Below, one piece after another: positions 1-11,183 of a stretch of DNA of 64,000 bases (its first letter is position 1; each line of letters starts with the position of its first letter). The stretch lies in the NCBI RefSeq assembly GCF_006345805.1, contig NC_042999.1, positions 72,168,001 to 72,232,000 of the forward strand, in the 5' to 3' direction. Both the position numbers and the translations under genes were made by a program. The notes beneath the pieces are model-generated. The model saw only the letters and a list, made by a program, of their open reading frames with translations, had not been told where the DNA came from and made no database searches. This stretch comes from Octopus sinensis. Taxonomy: Eukaryota.

Positions 1-203
1 TTTTGGAATGTATGTTGAAACTATAAAATGTTTTATTTGGAAAATATTGTTGACGAATAAAAAATAAATGACGAAATGTAACCGCTCGATTTCGGGGATC
101 GAGTGGGCATTGCACCACATTGTACAAACTTCATAATTCATTATTCATTTTCCCGATTGTATTGTCCCATCTATGTAGCCCCTAGTGGGTAATAATAAAA
201 CAA
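1..203 (+). mobile_element. 3' UTR and tail of an upstream element related to the adjacent Tx1-like LINE (or a SINE with the same tail); cut by the window edge
   Basis: 155-203 matches the LINE 3' end at 5381-5430 at about 47/50 nt, while the sequence upstream differs. A GC-rich hairpin (ccgctcgat/atcgagtgg, 82-106) precedes it. Confidence 0.55.
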
Positions 204-430
204 GCGTGTCGGAAATCAATTTTTTGCGTTATTGGTGAGTTGATGTATTTTTGCTCTCGTACTGTTGTCTCTGTTATTGTGTACTGTTGGTCTGCCTGTT
301 TTGTCTATTGTTGTCTGACTGACGAAGTCAGTCTTCGCGCGAAGACTTCGCGTTGGTGTTCCCCCCTCAGTGGGGGAGAACTACAATTGGTTTGGATTTA
401 CCAAAGGCTTGTTAGGGCCATTTGTTCAAG

Positions 431-1791
431 ATGGAGTCCCCCATCTCTTGTTCGCCCGTGACGAGCGAGGATGAGTGCCCGGCGTTGTCGCCAAGAAAAA
501 AAGAGGCGTTGTCGCCGAAGAAAAAAGAGGCGGCGTCGCCCAGGAGAGTGGAAGGACCAGTACCAGCATCGGCTCCAGCAGGGAAATTCGCTGAAGTGGC
601 TGGGAGGAGGATCAAAGGGATAGATGTGGAAAGTTTTAAAAGATTTGCAGACTGTGTAGAGGGGGAGGGCACAGAGGTGACTGTGGCCACAAGCATACAA
701 ATACATGACGATGTGGAAGGGGAAAGAATGATATATGGAACTTACGACACAGCGAGGGGAATGATCCAAAGAATCGAAGAGAAGATGGAGTTTTGTCTAG
801 AACCTTTTATGGATAGAGTAACGTATATAAGCGGAGGAGAGAGGTGCGGCACGGTGGAGGTGCGTTTTGCTACGGAGGAGATGGCGAAGAAACTGTCGAT
901 GGAGCCGATCAAAGCGGAAAGCATTGTCTTACTACCATTGTATAGAGGAAGGGGGACGTCGAGAATTTCAATGAACAACATACCGCCGGAGGCAGATGCT
1001 GAATGTCTGGTGGCTGCAGTGATGGTGGGTCTGGAGGAAGAAATAAACATCCTCCAGGCCACAGTGGAGGAGGAGGAGTTTTGGAAGGGGCGGAGAATAG
1101 TGATGGCCATTCGGGCGGAGGTGCAAACACTGGAAGAAGTTCCAGAAAAGGTAGAGATTGGTGAAGACGAGAAAGTGGCAGTTTTCGCGGAGGGCAGGAG
1201 GCCGAGGTGCTTCGGCTGCGGCAAGAAGGGTCATGTAAGGGCGGAATGCCAACCCAAACCCAAACCGCAGAAAGCACCTAAGCCAAAAGAGAGGGAGGAT
1301 AGTGTGTCGCCGGAAGCAGCGTCGGACGGCCCAGAGGGGAAGACTGAAGGTGTGGAGGTGACGGTGACAGCGGAGCCAGCGGCGGAGGAGGGAAGGAGCG
1401 AGGAAAAGATAAATGAGGAGGGGTGGGCGAAAATTACCGGAAAAAAAAAAGAAAAACGGAAACCACCCCTCCCAGAGTGGTTTTAATGGGGAAGGAGGAG
1501 TCAATGAACTCGTATATGGCCGTAAGGGCGGCAAATGGCAGACTCGGAAGCGTGTTGGCGGCTGTGGCCAGGGTGGAGAGGGTAGTGAGGAAGAACGACT
1601 TTGTAATTTGCAGAATGGGCCGGAGGGATTGCGGGCGGATGGAGTCAGAAATCTTCCATGACGTAGGCCCACTTAGATTGGATGTGACATCTCCACATAT
1701 ATTCGATGGCCTACGTCAGACTCCCCCGCGAGGCCCGGAAGAGGAGTTGGAAGAACAGGAGAGGACCGAACCACTGATGTGGGGTAAGTAA
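431..1791 (+). CDS. Tx1-like ORF1 (gag-like nucleic-acid-binding protein), about 453 aa if one A is restored in the A10 run at 1441-1450
   Basis: ATG at 431; CX2CX4HX4C knuckle CFGCGKKGHVRAEC at 1208-1249. As assembled the frame stops at 1486. One extra A joins it to the open frame 1423-1791, whose TAA overlaps the ORF2 ATG. Confidence 0.8.
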
Positions 1792-4700
1792 TGGATTGCA
1801 TTTGTGTTGGTTGTTTGAATGTGCGCGGCCTGGGAGCGGGCTGGAAGCAGGGTCGCTTCCTGCATGATATCAGGTCGCGTAATTTGGATGTTATTGTTGC
1901 TACAGAAACCCGGTTAGAGGGGCCAAGAGGTCTGCTCCCGCTGTTTGACGGCTACGAGAGTTTTTTCTCTCCTGGCAGTCCTACAGGCGGGAGTGGGGTG
2001 TTGGTCCTATTAAAAAGAAACCGGGTTTCTGAGAAAAAGTTAATTTTTGCAGATCCAGAAGGTGGGCTGGTCGTCATGGATTTGACGTTCGGTAATGGTA
2101 AGGTTGTCAGACTGGTTGCAATTTACGCACCCAACCATGCAGGGCAGAGTGATTATTTTCGTGAACTGGAAAACTTTCTTGGTACTTCGCATTCATTAGT
2201 GGTGCTGGGAGACTTTAACACAATTTGCAAAGCGGATGTAGATTGTGTTGGCTCGTGTCCGGATGGAAAAGGCAACAGTGGCTTCATGGAACTGCTAAGC
2301 CGCTTTGAGCTAGCAGATCCTTATAGGCTGGAATTTCCGAACGCTCCATTGTGGACATGGTCAAACAGCCACGGATCTTCCAGGTCATATTTAGATAGAA
2401 TACTAATTGGAAAAGTAGACAGTAAAATAGCTAAGTGTCCACAGTTTTACCCGATCAGCTACAGTGATCATAAAATGGTCACTTGTAAGCTTGACATAGA
2501 TAAGGTTAAAAATAGAGGATCCGGTTACTGGAAACTTAATACGTCCCTTTTGGCGATTAAGGAGTACAAAGACCGGATTAGGAATATAATTCAGAGGGCA
2601 CTATCTGGTACCATCATTAATAACAAATGGTGGTACGCCCTCAAACGAGCCATCAAGTTTGAGTCTATTAGATATAGCATAGGAGTAGTGGCTAGAGAGG
2701 CTAGAAGGGAAACTACTCTAGTTAAGGAATTAGAGGAAGCCATGAAAACTGGCTCTGCGGCTCAGGTGGCGTCCAAGAGACTGGTGTTAAACCAGCACCT
2801 CGAGGCCAAACACATGGGCTGCATTGTCAGGGCTAGAATCCGCCATATGGGATGTGAAGGAATCAACGCCGTGAGATGGGCCCGAGTGGTGGAAGCTCAG
2901 CATGGTAACGATGCCACGATTCGATCTTTGACGAACCAACAAGGTGAGTTGATAAACGAACCCGAGGAGATGTGTGAGGCCTTTCAGGAGCACTTCGCTC
3001 AGCTTTTCGGTGAGTGCGGCGGACTGGATAGGAGGAGGGCCTTTACGGACCTACTCGACGGGCTGCCGCGCTTATCGGGGCGAGATGCGGAGGGCTGTGA
3101 AGGGCAATCACGCCTGAGGAGGTGGTTGAGGCAATGGCGGACTGCGGCGCGGGCAAGGCGCCGGGTTTGGATGGTCTACCCTATGAGTTATATAAGAGTA
3201 TGCCAGACTTGTTCGGGCACCTACTGGCGGAGGTCTATGCGAACTGGCAGCAGAACGGGCTTATACCCAGATCTGTGCGCCGGGGAGTAGTGACTCTCGT
3301 CAGAAAGGACCCGAGCAAGGGGGAGTGCATTGATAATTTCAGGCCCATCACTCTGCTAAACACAGAGTTGAAGATTTTGGCCAAAGTGTTATCGAAAAGA
3401 TTGGCGCGTGTCGCGGATGGTCTGATCGGAGAGGCACAGACATGTGCCGTTCGGGCAGATCCATTCAGGATAATCTCCATCTAATGCGGTACACTATAGA
3501 GGGGTTTTATAGTGATTCTGGCAAGGGTGGGGCACTGGTCCATTTAGACCAATCTAAAGCTTTTGATAGGGTCGACCATCGTTACCTGGTATCTGCCCTG
3601 GCACAGTTCGGGCTGAGCCTTGGCTTCCTCAGGTGGATTATCCAAATTTATGATAACATCGACTCGGTAGTTCGGGTGAACGGCTTCTTGTCGAAGCCGT
3701 TCAAAATCAAACGCTCGGTTCGTCAAGGGTGTCCGCTCTCCCCGCTTTTGTACGTGATGGCTCTTGAGCCATTACTGCGAAAACTGAGCGGCATCCCGAG
3801 ACAGCCAGGTAATGGAAAATCAGTGTCAGCGTACGCGGATGACATCACCATCATCGTAACCGAAATGGACCACCTATGTAAAGTAGGCAAGGCCATAGAG
3901 GTTTACGAGACGGTGACAGGAGCAAAAGTTAATCGCGAAAAGTCAGTCGGCTTGCAACTCGGCACCTGGAGAGGCAAGTCGATGCCTCCTGACAGCGTCG
4001 TGGGACGTTGGACGGAGGGTCCGATTAAACTGCTAGGGGTCTGGTTCGGTCCAGACCTCCAAATAGAGAAGAATGGGGCGAGGTAACGAGCAAGGTGGCT
4101 GCAGTAGCCAAGACCTGGTCTTGGCGGTGGCTATCCCTGAAAGGGAGGGCGGAGGTGGCCAATGTGTTTATCGCATCGGTTATCACCTACCGCCTTTCCG
4201 TCGTTCCTTGCCCTGATTCGTGGTTGATCAAGTTGGAAAGACAGCTCTTCTACTTCTTGTGGAAGGGCGGGAAACCACTTGTGAAACGCTCTACTTGCTG
4301 TCAACAACCGTTAAAGGGTGGGCTAGGGATGCCTTGGCTGATGATGCGCAGACATGCGCTGAGGTTAAGACATCTGTGTCTCTACCTGGATGGTGAACGG
4401 GTGTGGTCTTCGCTAGCAAAACTGATGTTTCCCAAGTTCACTAGTTTCGGTGGATGGGAAACCTGGCTGAATCGTAGATCGAAACTTGGTACTTGGTACA
4501 CGGAGTGTCGCAAGGCTCTCCTGCTATTCCGTCGCTCGGGCAACGCCTGCGGTGGGGGTTCCACCACATTCTTCTATAGAGGGTTGGTAGAGGCGGAATG
4601 TGAAGATACCTTGGGGGAAACCCTAGGTCTCGACGATAATCAGCTGGCCAGTCTGTTCCGACGTACGTTCGAGCCGAGGACACTGGACAACTTCCAGAAG

Positions 4701-5183
4701 TCTCTGGCATGGCAATGCTACAGAGGAGCTCTACCTGTTCGGGATAAACTCGCAAGGCACGGTGGCCAAGACAGTCCGATATGTCCAAGATGCGGGCGGG
4801 ATAGGGAAACCGTCCCGCACGCTATTGTTCATTGTCCGGACGTGTCTGAGGTGTGGGTTTATGCCGAACAGCTGTTGTCAGGTACACGAAGAGTACAGCT
4901 GTCGACTGAGTCGATTACAAAAATTGACCCACCGGATTTCCTCGTGAACGAAGGTAAGTTTCGTTTTCTCGTTGTAGTAGCAATTGCGAAAGAGGTGATA
5001 TGGAAGACGAGAATGAAAGGTGTACAGTCAGGCAAGTTCATCTCCGGCCCTGGTTTGATGAATTATTTCATCTTTCACCTGAAAAGGAGGATAGGGCTGG
5101 AGAGAATATGCCTGACTAGGAGAGTGTATGAAGAACGATGGAAGGATGTAGCACGAAAGTTGCGAGTGAAAGATACAACATAA
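1791..5183 (+). CDS. Tx1-like ORF2: AP endonuclease, reverse transcriptase and C-terminal zinc-binding domain, about 1131 aa after correcting three 1-nt deletions
   Basis: APE motifs LNVRGL, ETRL, GDFN, LDRIL, SDH. RT motifs KAPGLDG, NFRPITLLN, LDQSKAFDRV, RQGCPLSP, YADD (3832-3843). C-terminal CPRC...H...C. Frameshifts at about 3105, 3452 and 4074. Confidence 0.92.
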
Positions 5184-5883
5184 ATGTAATACCAAGCGCA
5201 ACCAAAAGTATCAGTGGGGAGGCGGGGCTCGTGGGGTCCGAGCTAAACCCGCACCCACTCCACCCGTAATGTCTTCCGGTCTGTCCCATCATTCGATTTC
5301 TGTCCATTTATTGTAATTCATGAAAATTTTTAAATTCGATTTATTGTAAAAACCCATTCGTGTGTCTGATCCCATCATCAGATTGTATTGTCCCATCTAT
5401 GTTCGCCCCTTGTGGGTAATAATAAAACAACATGGAGGAAAGCACCTTCAAAAAGTGTCTTGGTGCGACTATGAAAGGTATCTAATCAGAGGCGGTAAAT
5501 ACGCCACAAGAGAAGCAAGGTTCGAGTCAACGGAGCGTGCAAGGGAGTACTCGACTCGAACTTGCAAATGGAAATATTTTATTTTTACCTTTATATCTGG
5601 AACGTAGGACGTCCCGAAAAAGAATTTTAAATGCTCCCGCCCCCCGCCCCCCGAAATAGAGGTAGGCTGGATTTTAGCCACACTTCTATACAAGAGGGAG
5701 GACAAGATACAATTGATCGAAATTACAAGAGACGGGCTAACAATTCCAGTCTTTTATATATTTTGAGTATTGTTATCACTAGCGATATCAAGATATAACT
5801 TTGTATTTTGTATTTTATGTGTAGATGTATATATATAGATGTACATGTAATATGTACACATATATATACACATATATACATGC

Positions 5884-5925
5884 ACTAGCACTATGACCCG
5901 GCAACGACGGGTCTTTAATACTAGT
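5884..5925. repeat. Short imperfect palindrome resembling a Helitron/HINE-type terminus
   Basis: actag...gacccg-gcaacga-cgggtc...ctagt; similar layout to the terminus at 11184-11212. Confidence 0.4.
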
Positions 5926-6009
5926 ATATATATATATAGTCGCCATGATAGATCGTTATCCACTACACACATTTTTTCTCTCCTTGTTTCTCTCCCTGTT
6001 TTTTTCTGT

Positions 6010-6051
6010 GTCCCTTTCTGTAGAAGAGCGTAGGCTCGAAACGTAAAAGAC
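6010..6051 (+). ncRNA. Degenerate minimal Penelope-type hammerhead ribozyme motif inside a short repeat (about 5963-6138)
   Basis: Stem I cttt/aaag (plus gt/ac beyond a CC bulge); core CTGTAGA (A6>U); stem II gagc-gtag-gctc; GAAA; palindromic ACGT stem III; GUA cleavage triplet. Confidence 0.4.
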
Positions 6052-6136
6052 GTTTTCTATTCCTGAGCGTTATACTAATACATCTGTTTGTTTTGTACAC
6101 CACCTGTCTTCGTCTTTTGTTTTTTCGTAAATTCTC

Positions 6137-6138
<2 letters not shown>

Positions 6139-6182
<44 letters not shown>

Positions 6183-6233
6183 ATATGTGTGTGTGTGTGT
6201 GTGGATGTGTGAGTGTGTGTGTGTGTGTGTATG

Positions 6234-6317
<84 letters not shown>

Positions 6318-6362
6318 ATATGTGTGTGTGTGGATGTGTGAGTGTGTGTGTGTGTGTGTATG

Positions 6363-6420
<58 letters not shown>
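6139..6420. repeat. Compound (TA)n/(TG)n microsatellite with a duplicated ~135-bp cassette
   Basis: caatatatgtg...ggatgtgtgagtgtg...tatgtatatg occurs twice (about 6179 and 6314) between TA tracts. Confidence 0.9.
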
Positions 6421-6423
<3 letters not shown>

Positions 6424-8404
6424 TCCTGTTGAAACAACACTGTCACAACCTGGGTCCTGAAGACTGCTAAAATGCAAGAATCTATATAAGTCCCTTAATA
6501 TTTGATATTCAATTTTTCATTTATTCAATAAGACAATCAATACTTCATTTCATTTTACTATATATATACTATTTATACTATACATTCTATATCAACATTA
6601 TAAAGAATATAAATAATACATAAAAAGCAGACAGAGTTGGAATTCCTATATACATACATATATATGTATATATATATATATATATCATATTACAAGTGGA
6701 CATACATATATACCATATATATGTTTTATATTTTTATATTCTATATATAAGTATATCTATGAACTAAGTTATGAGGCACGTACGCACTACAAAGCTTAGA
6801 GTCTAAGCTTTGATAAATACCAATCTCAGATTAATTATGGTATTTTGCTCTTGACTATAATTAGTCTTAGCTGGGTATTTATCACCAAACTTGTTCAACA
6901 GATACTCATAAAATTATGATGTATTTACTGTTGCGTCACAAGTATATAATGAGAAAGATTGGAATTATATAATTGATCTTTCATGTATAATATAAAGAAA
7001 ATATAGTTGAGTTTGCTTGATAGAAATAAAAAGTTTTCCGCCACAGAATCCTTTGTTATAACTATATCATTTATTATGTGGTGTAAAATTACTTAATCCC
7101 TAGACGACCAGCAATGCCATGAGTGGATGAGAAGATGTCCAAATAGGTAGATCTAGCGAAAGACGAATACTTTTATGGTCAGCCGGATAGACCTGCCCTA
7201 CGTAAAATAAAAACTACCTCTTATGTTATGTTGTACATGCTGTCATTTGCAGTGGGGCTAAGCATACAACAGCACCCAGTTTGGTACCCCGTTCCAGCTC
7301 AGTGTCTTTAGTAGAATCTCCTCTGTTGCAAGCATCTGGATCAGGCGCTAATCAGAGGATTATCTTTACATCATGACGCACCGACATCTATAGATCCCTA
7401 GATGCTAAAAAGTAAAATAAAAACTCAGGATATATTTTCTCTCTTTTTTCTCAAACATCCATGGTTCCTGATCCAAACTACACACGGCATATTATCTCTT
7501 ATTAACAGGTCAACTTTATATCCTATAGCACCGCTATACAAAACTAATCTTTCGCAATTCTTAGGTTCTACATCCGTTAGCTTACACACAACTCACAGAC
7601 AATCCAAAATCCTTGACCTTTATGTAATTTTTCAGTCTTGACCTCTAACAGGCCATCAATGTGTTTGCATCTGTCTGCCCAACTGCAACATTATTGCGAA
7701 CTCCTTACCATACACCCTTATCCAATACAAAGTTTCTGTCATCTTCATTATAGCAATTCAAGTCAGCCGACTTGATAGAGCAACATCAATTCTGCGTTAG
7801 TCATCTCAAGCAGCACGTTTGTTTGCTCCCTACCCCATCAAAAGCAACTAAGGTTTCTTTTAAATATTTTTTTATGCACAACCAAACCTCACAGCCCTAA
7901 GTAATCCATGTGGTTTTCTCAGAGCTAAAACAGGTTAGGCAATGGACATGGTCTAAACCGATTAGAGAAAATCACCCACCGCCAAATGTGGATGGTCTTT
8001 AAACAGCACCACAGTTCCTAGTATGAATCACAATGCATTCTCTGTGCATTGCATAACCAACAAGCTCTTTCTCGCTTCTCAAACTGTTGATACCCTGCAA
8101 CAAGAATCTCTACCAACATTACCTACCCTCTTTCAATTCTCAACCATGATATATAAACTGTACTCTCATATAGAAAACCAACCCATTTCAAGCTGTTTCC
8201 CATATAACCCCACATTCTCATGGTTTCATTCACCATGTAAATCTACCCTTTTTTCGACTCCCATTATCATGCACATGTAGATATGATATGCAAAAATCGC
8301 TCCGCTCGCTTCAAATCAGCAAGTGTAATGGCTCTGGTAAAATGATTTCCATTGCTTTCAAACATTGCACCTTAGAGTTATTTCCTAACGTCACCAAACA
8401 CTTC

Positions 8405-8714
8405 AATCTCTCTCTTCTCTCTCTTAGCTTTCTCCCCTGTCTTTCTCTTTTCTCTCTCTCTCTCTTTTCTCTCTCCTCTCTCTCTCTCTCTTCTTTCTCT
8501 TTCCTTTCTCTGTCTCACTACAAGAAGAATTAGTGATCCTGCCAACTACTGCTTGTCACATTCATTTTCAATACCTCAAATATGATGACGATAGTTTTTT
8601 AGCAACCTTCTTCACCGATGTTTCTCTCGTTCTGTCTCTTACTTTCTTTCTCTCACTCTTACATTATGTCTGTCACTCTTACTTTCTGTCTCTCTTTCTT
8701 ACTCTCTCTCTCTT

Positions 8715-8772
<58 letters not shown>
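8405..8772. repeat. (CT)n-rich microsatellite region
   Basis: CT-rich tract 8405-8520 and nearly pure (CT)n 8700-8772. Confidence 0.9.
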
Positions 8773-8774
<2 letters not shown>

Positions 8775-10048
8775 AATAATGACTACTAATACAGCTTTCG
8801 CAAAACCAGATCTACAGCAGGTTTACTTTCTAACATCATTCATAAGTAACTCATACCACCGAGAAAGTCTGTGAATGCGGTACTCCTAGCTCGTGGTTAA
8901 TTGTCATTGTAGTATCACTGATAGTGTCTTTTATAGGGTGCCCAACTAATTGGTTTCCTCCACAGACTCTTCTATCAACACATCAATGACCTACTTGCCA
9001 CGACATCCATTAACGTTAGTCCTAAGACGATATTATCGTTCAACACGAGAACAGCATCGGTATGAATTTCCTTAAGCATAAAGGGTACACAACTTGAACC
9101 CTCATGACTGCTATAACACCTAGCGTCATTATCACCGAGAAATTTAGCGAACGCGCATACTCCATGTCACAAAGAGTACCACAAAATGGCTATTATTCCA
9201 CTTCAGAACCAGAGACTGTTTCAGTTCTCCAAAGTCACTCACAATCCACAAAGTACGTCTACAGCTTCTGCAGGGCTGACACACATGCTTAAGCATATCT
9301 AGATACAGTTCACTAGAGTGACAAGACTGATATCGATGGCAAATACACTGCAATCTCTGGCCCACAGATGTAGTCCCATCTCTGCACATTCTTTCTACTT
9401 GATGTAGCCTCTGCCTAATGGAGCTGAAAGCCTTATGCCAGCTCTAATAAGGAATTCCAAATTCGTTCGTCTCACTTATGTCGTTATTCATATTGCAACC
9501 AACCTCCACTACACAAATTTAGTGCCAGATACCCATAAAATCTTCTTCGCCCACTGCCTCCTCAGAACAAGAACGCCAAAATTTCTTCTCTACGTGTATA
9601 TTTTTTCTTTTTCCTGTAGCCGTCAATTTAAAAACATCCAGGGTAAATGTTAACAGTATCAATTTCACCAGTCACAGAGATCCTGCGTAGATCTTGGTTG
9701 CAATAACTTTCTCTTCACGAAAACAATAAGAAAATAACAAATCCATTCTCTTCCAGATTGTTTTTTATATATATTTGTTCCCGTTATGAAAATTTAAATG
9801 TCTGCCCGGTGAAATTCTGCTCACGTAGTAAAAAGACTCACAAAGAAATCTTAATCCAATACTTACCTTCTATATCTACATGATAAGTCTGAAACAGAAA
9901 CGTATAGGAAATTATAAATTTGAGAAAAGCATCACAGTACAGGAAATATTGAAATCAAATAATTGCTTTAGGCATTTTCAAGTATGAAAAAGATTGCCCA
10001 AGCTATCTTCGATAATGATTCAATCAGCAATATACGAATGCTTAAAGT

Positions 10049-10082
<34 letters not shown>

Positions 10083-10094
10083 TATGTATGTGTG

Positions 10095-10310
10095 TGTGTG
10101 TATGTGTCTGTGTTTGTCCCCCCAACATTGCTTGGCAACCGATGGTGGTGTGTTTACGTCCCCGTCACTTAGCGGTTCGGCAAAAGAGACCGATAGAATA
10201 AGTACTGGACTTACAAAGAATAAGTCCCGGGGTCGAGTTGCTCGATTTAAGGCGGTGCTCCAGCATGGCCGCAGTCAAATGACTGAAACAAGTAAAAGAG
10301 TAAAAGAGTA
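10095..10310 (+). mobile_element. SINE family A, 3' half
   Basis: Matches the 3' halves of the copies at 14421-14870 and 61420-61920 (ggtgtgtttacgtccccgt...aagtaaaagagtaaaagagt). Confidence 0.85.
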
Positions 10311-10740
10311 TATATGTATATATATGTATATATATATATAGATAGATAAATATGTGTGTGTGTGTGCGTGCGTGTGAATGATTATAAGAAGGCGGTAGTA
10401 ATTTTGAAGCTTCGTGAATACTCGACTTCGTTAAGTATTCAGATGAATTCCATCATCGGAATTACTTCCAAGGCGCTGTTAATTTGCTTTCGTAAACATA
10501 AACTATATACTCTACTTATAAATTTTGAAATTTTTCGTTTTGATGTTTTTATATATTTATGCTTAATTATACACACTATGTATAATTATACACGCACTCA
10601 CACAGACACACTCACCAAATACACACATATGCATATATATACGCGCGCGCGCAATATATATATGTATATATTTATATATATAATATTATATATATATATT
10701 ATATATATATATTATGTATATATATATATATATATATATA

Positions 10741-11012
<272 letters not shown>

Positions 11013-11183
11013 ACATACCAAGTAAGTGAAAGGGATTCGGGTAGACCAGGCGTTAACCTCAGGTAGCACTCTCACGAGTGGTAGCTATCTACATTTGTAT
11101 GAAGGAGAATTTCTACAGTAGAAACATAAGTTTGTGACAAACAGATAATCTGAAATGTTTAAATCCATCACTGCATATAAATA

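Larger units (their letters stand above)
204..5430 (+). mobile_element. Full-length non-LTR retrotransposon, Tx1/L1 clade
   Basis: 5' UTR, ORF1 with CCHC knuckle, ORF2 with APE + RT + C-terminal Cys/His motif, and 3' UTR. A perfect 19-bp direct repeat gtgggtaataataaaacaa lies at 185-203 and 5412-5430 (candidate target-site duplication, TSD). Confidence 0.9.

Noticed and set aside
398-1672. Long minus-strand ORFs overlapping the Tx1 ORF1
   Set aside because: Antisense shadows of a GC-rich purine-biased coding frame; no recognisable domains.
8023-8280. Faint RT-like wording on the minus strand (GLYGNSLKWVGF)
   Set aside because: Too short and degraded to call without a search.
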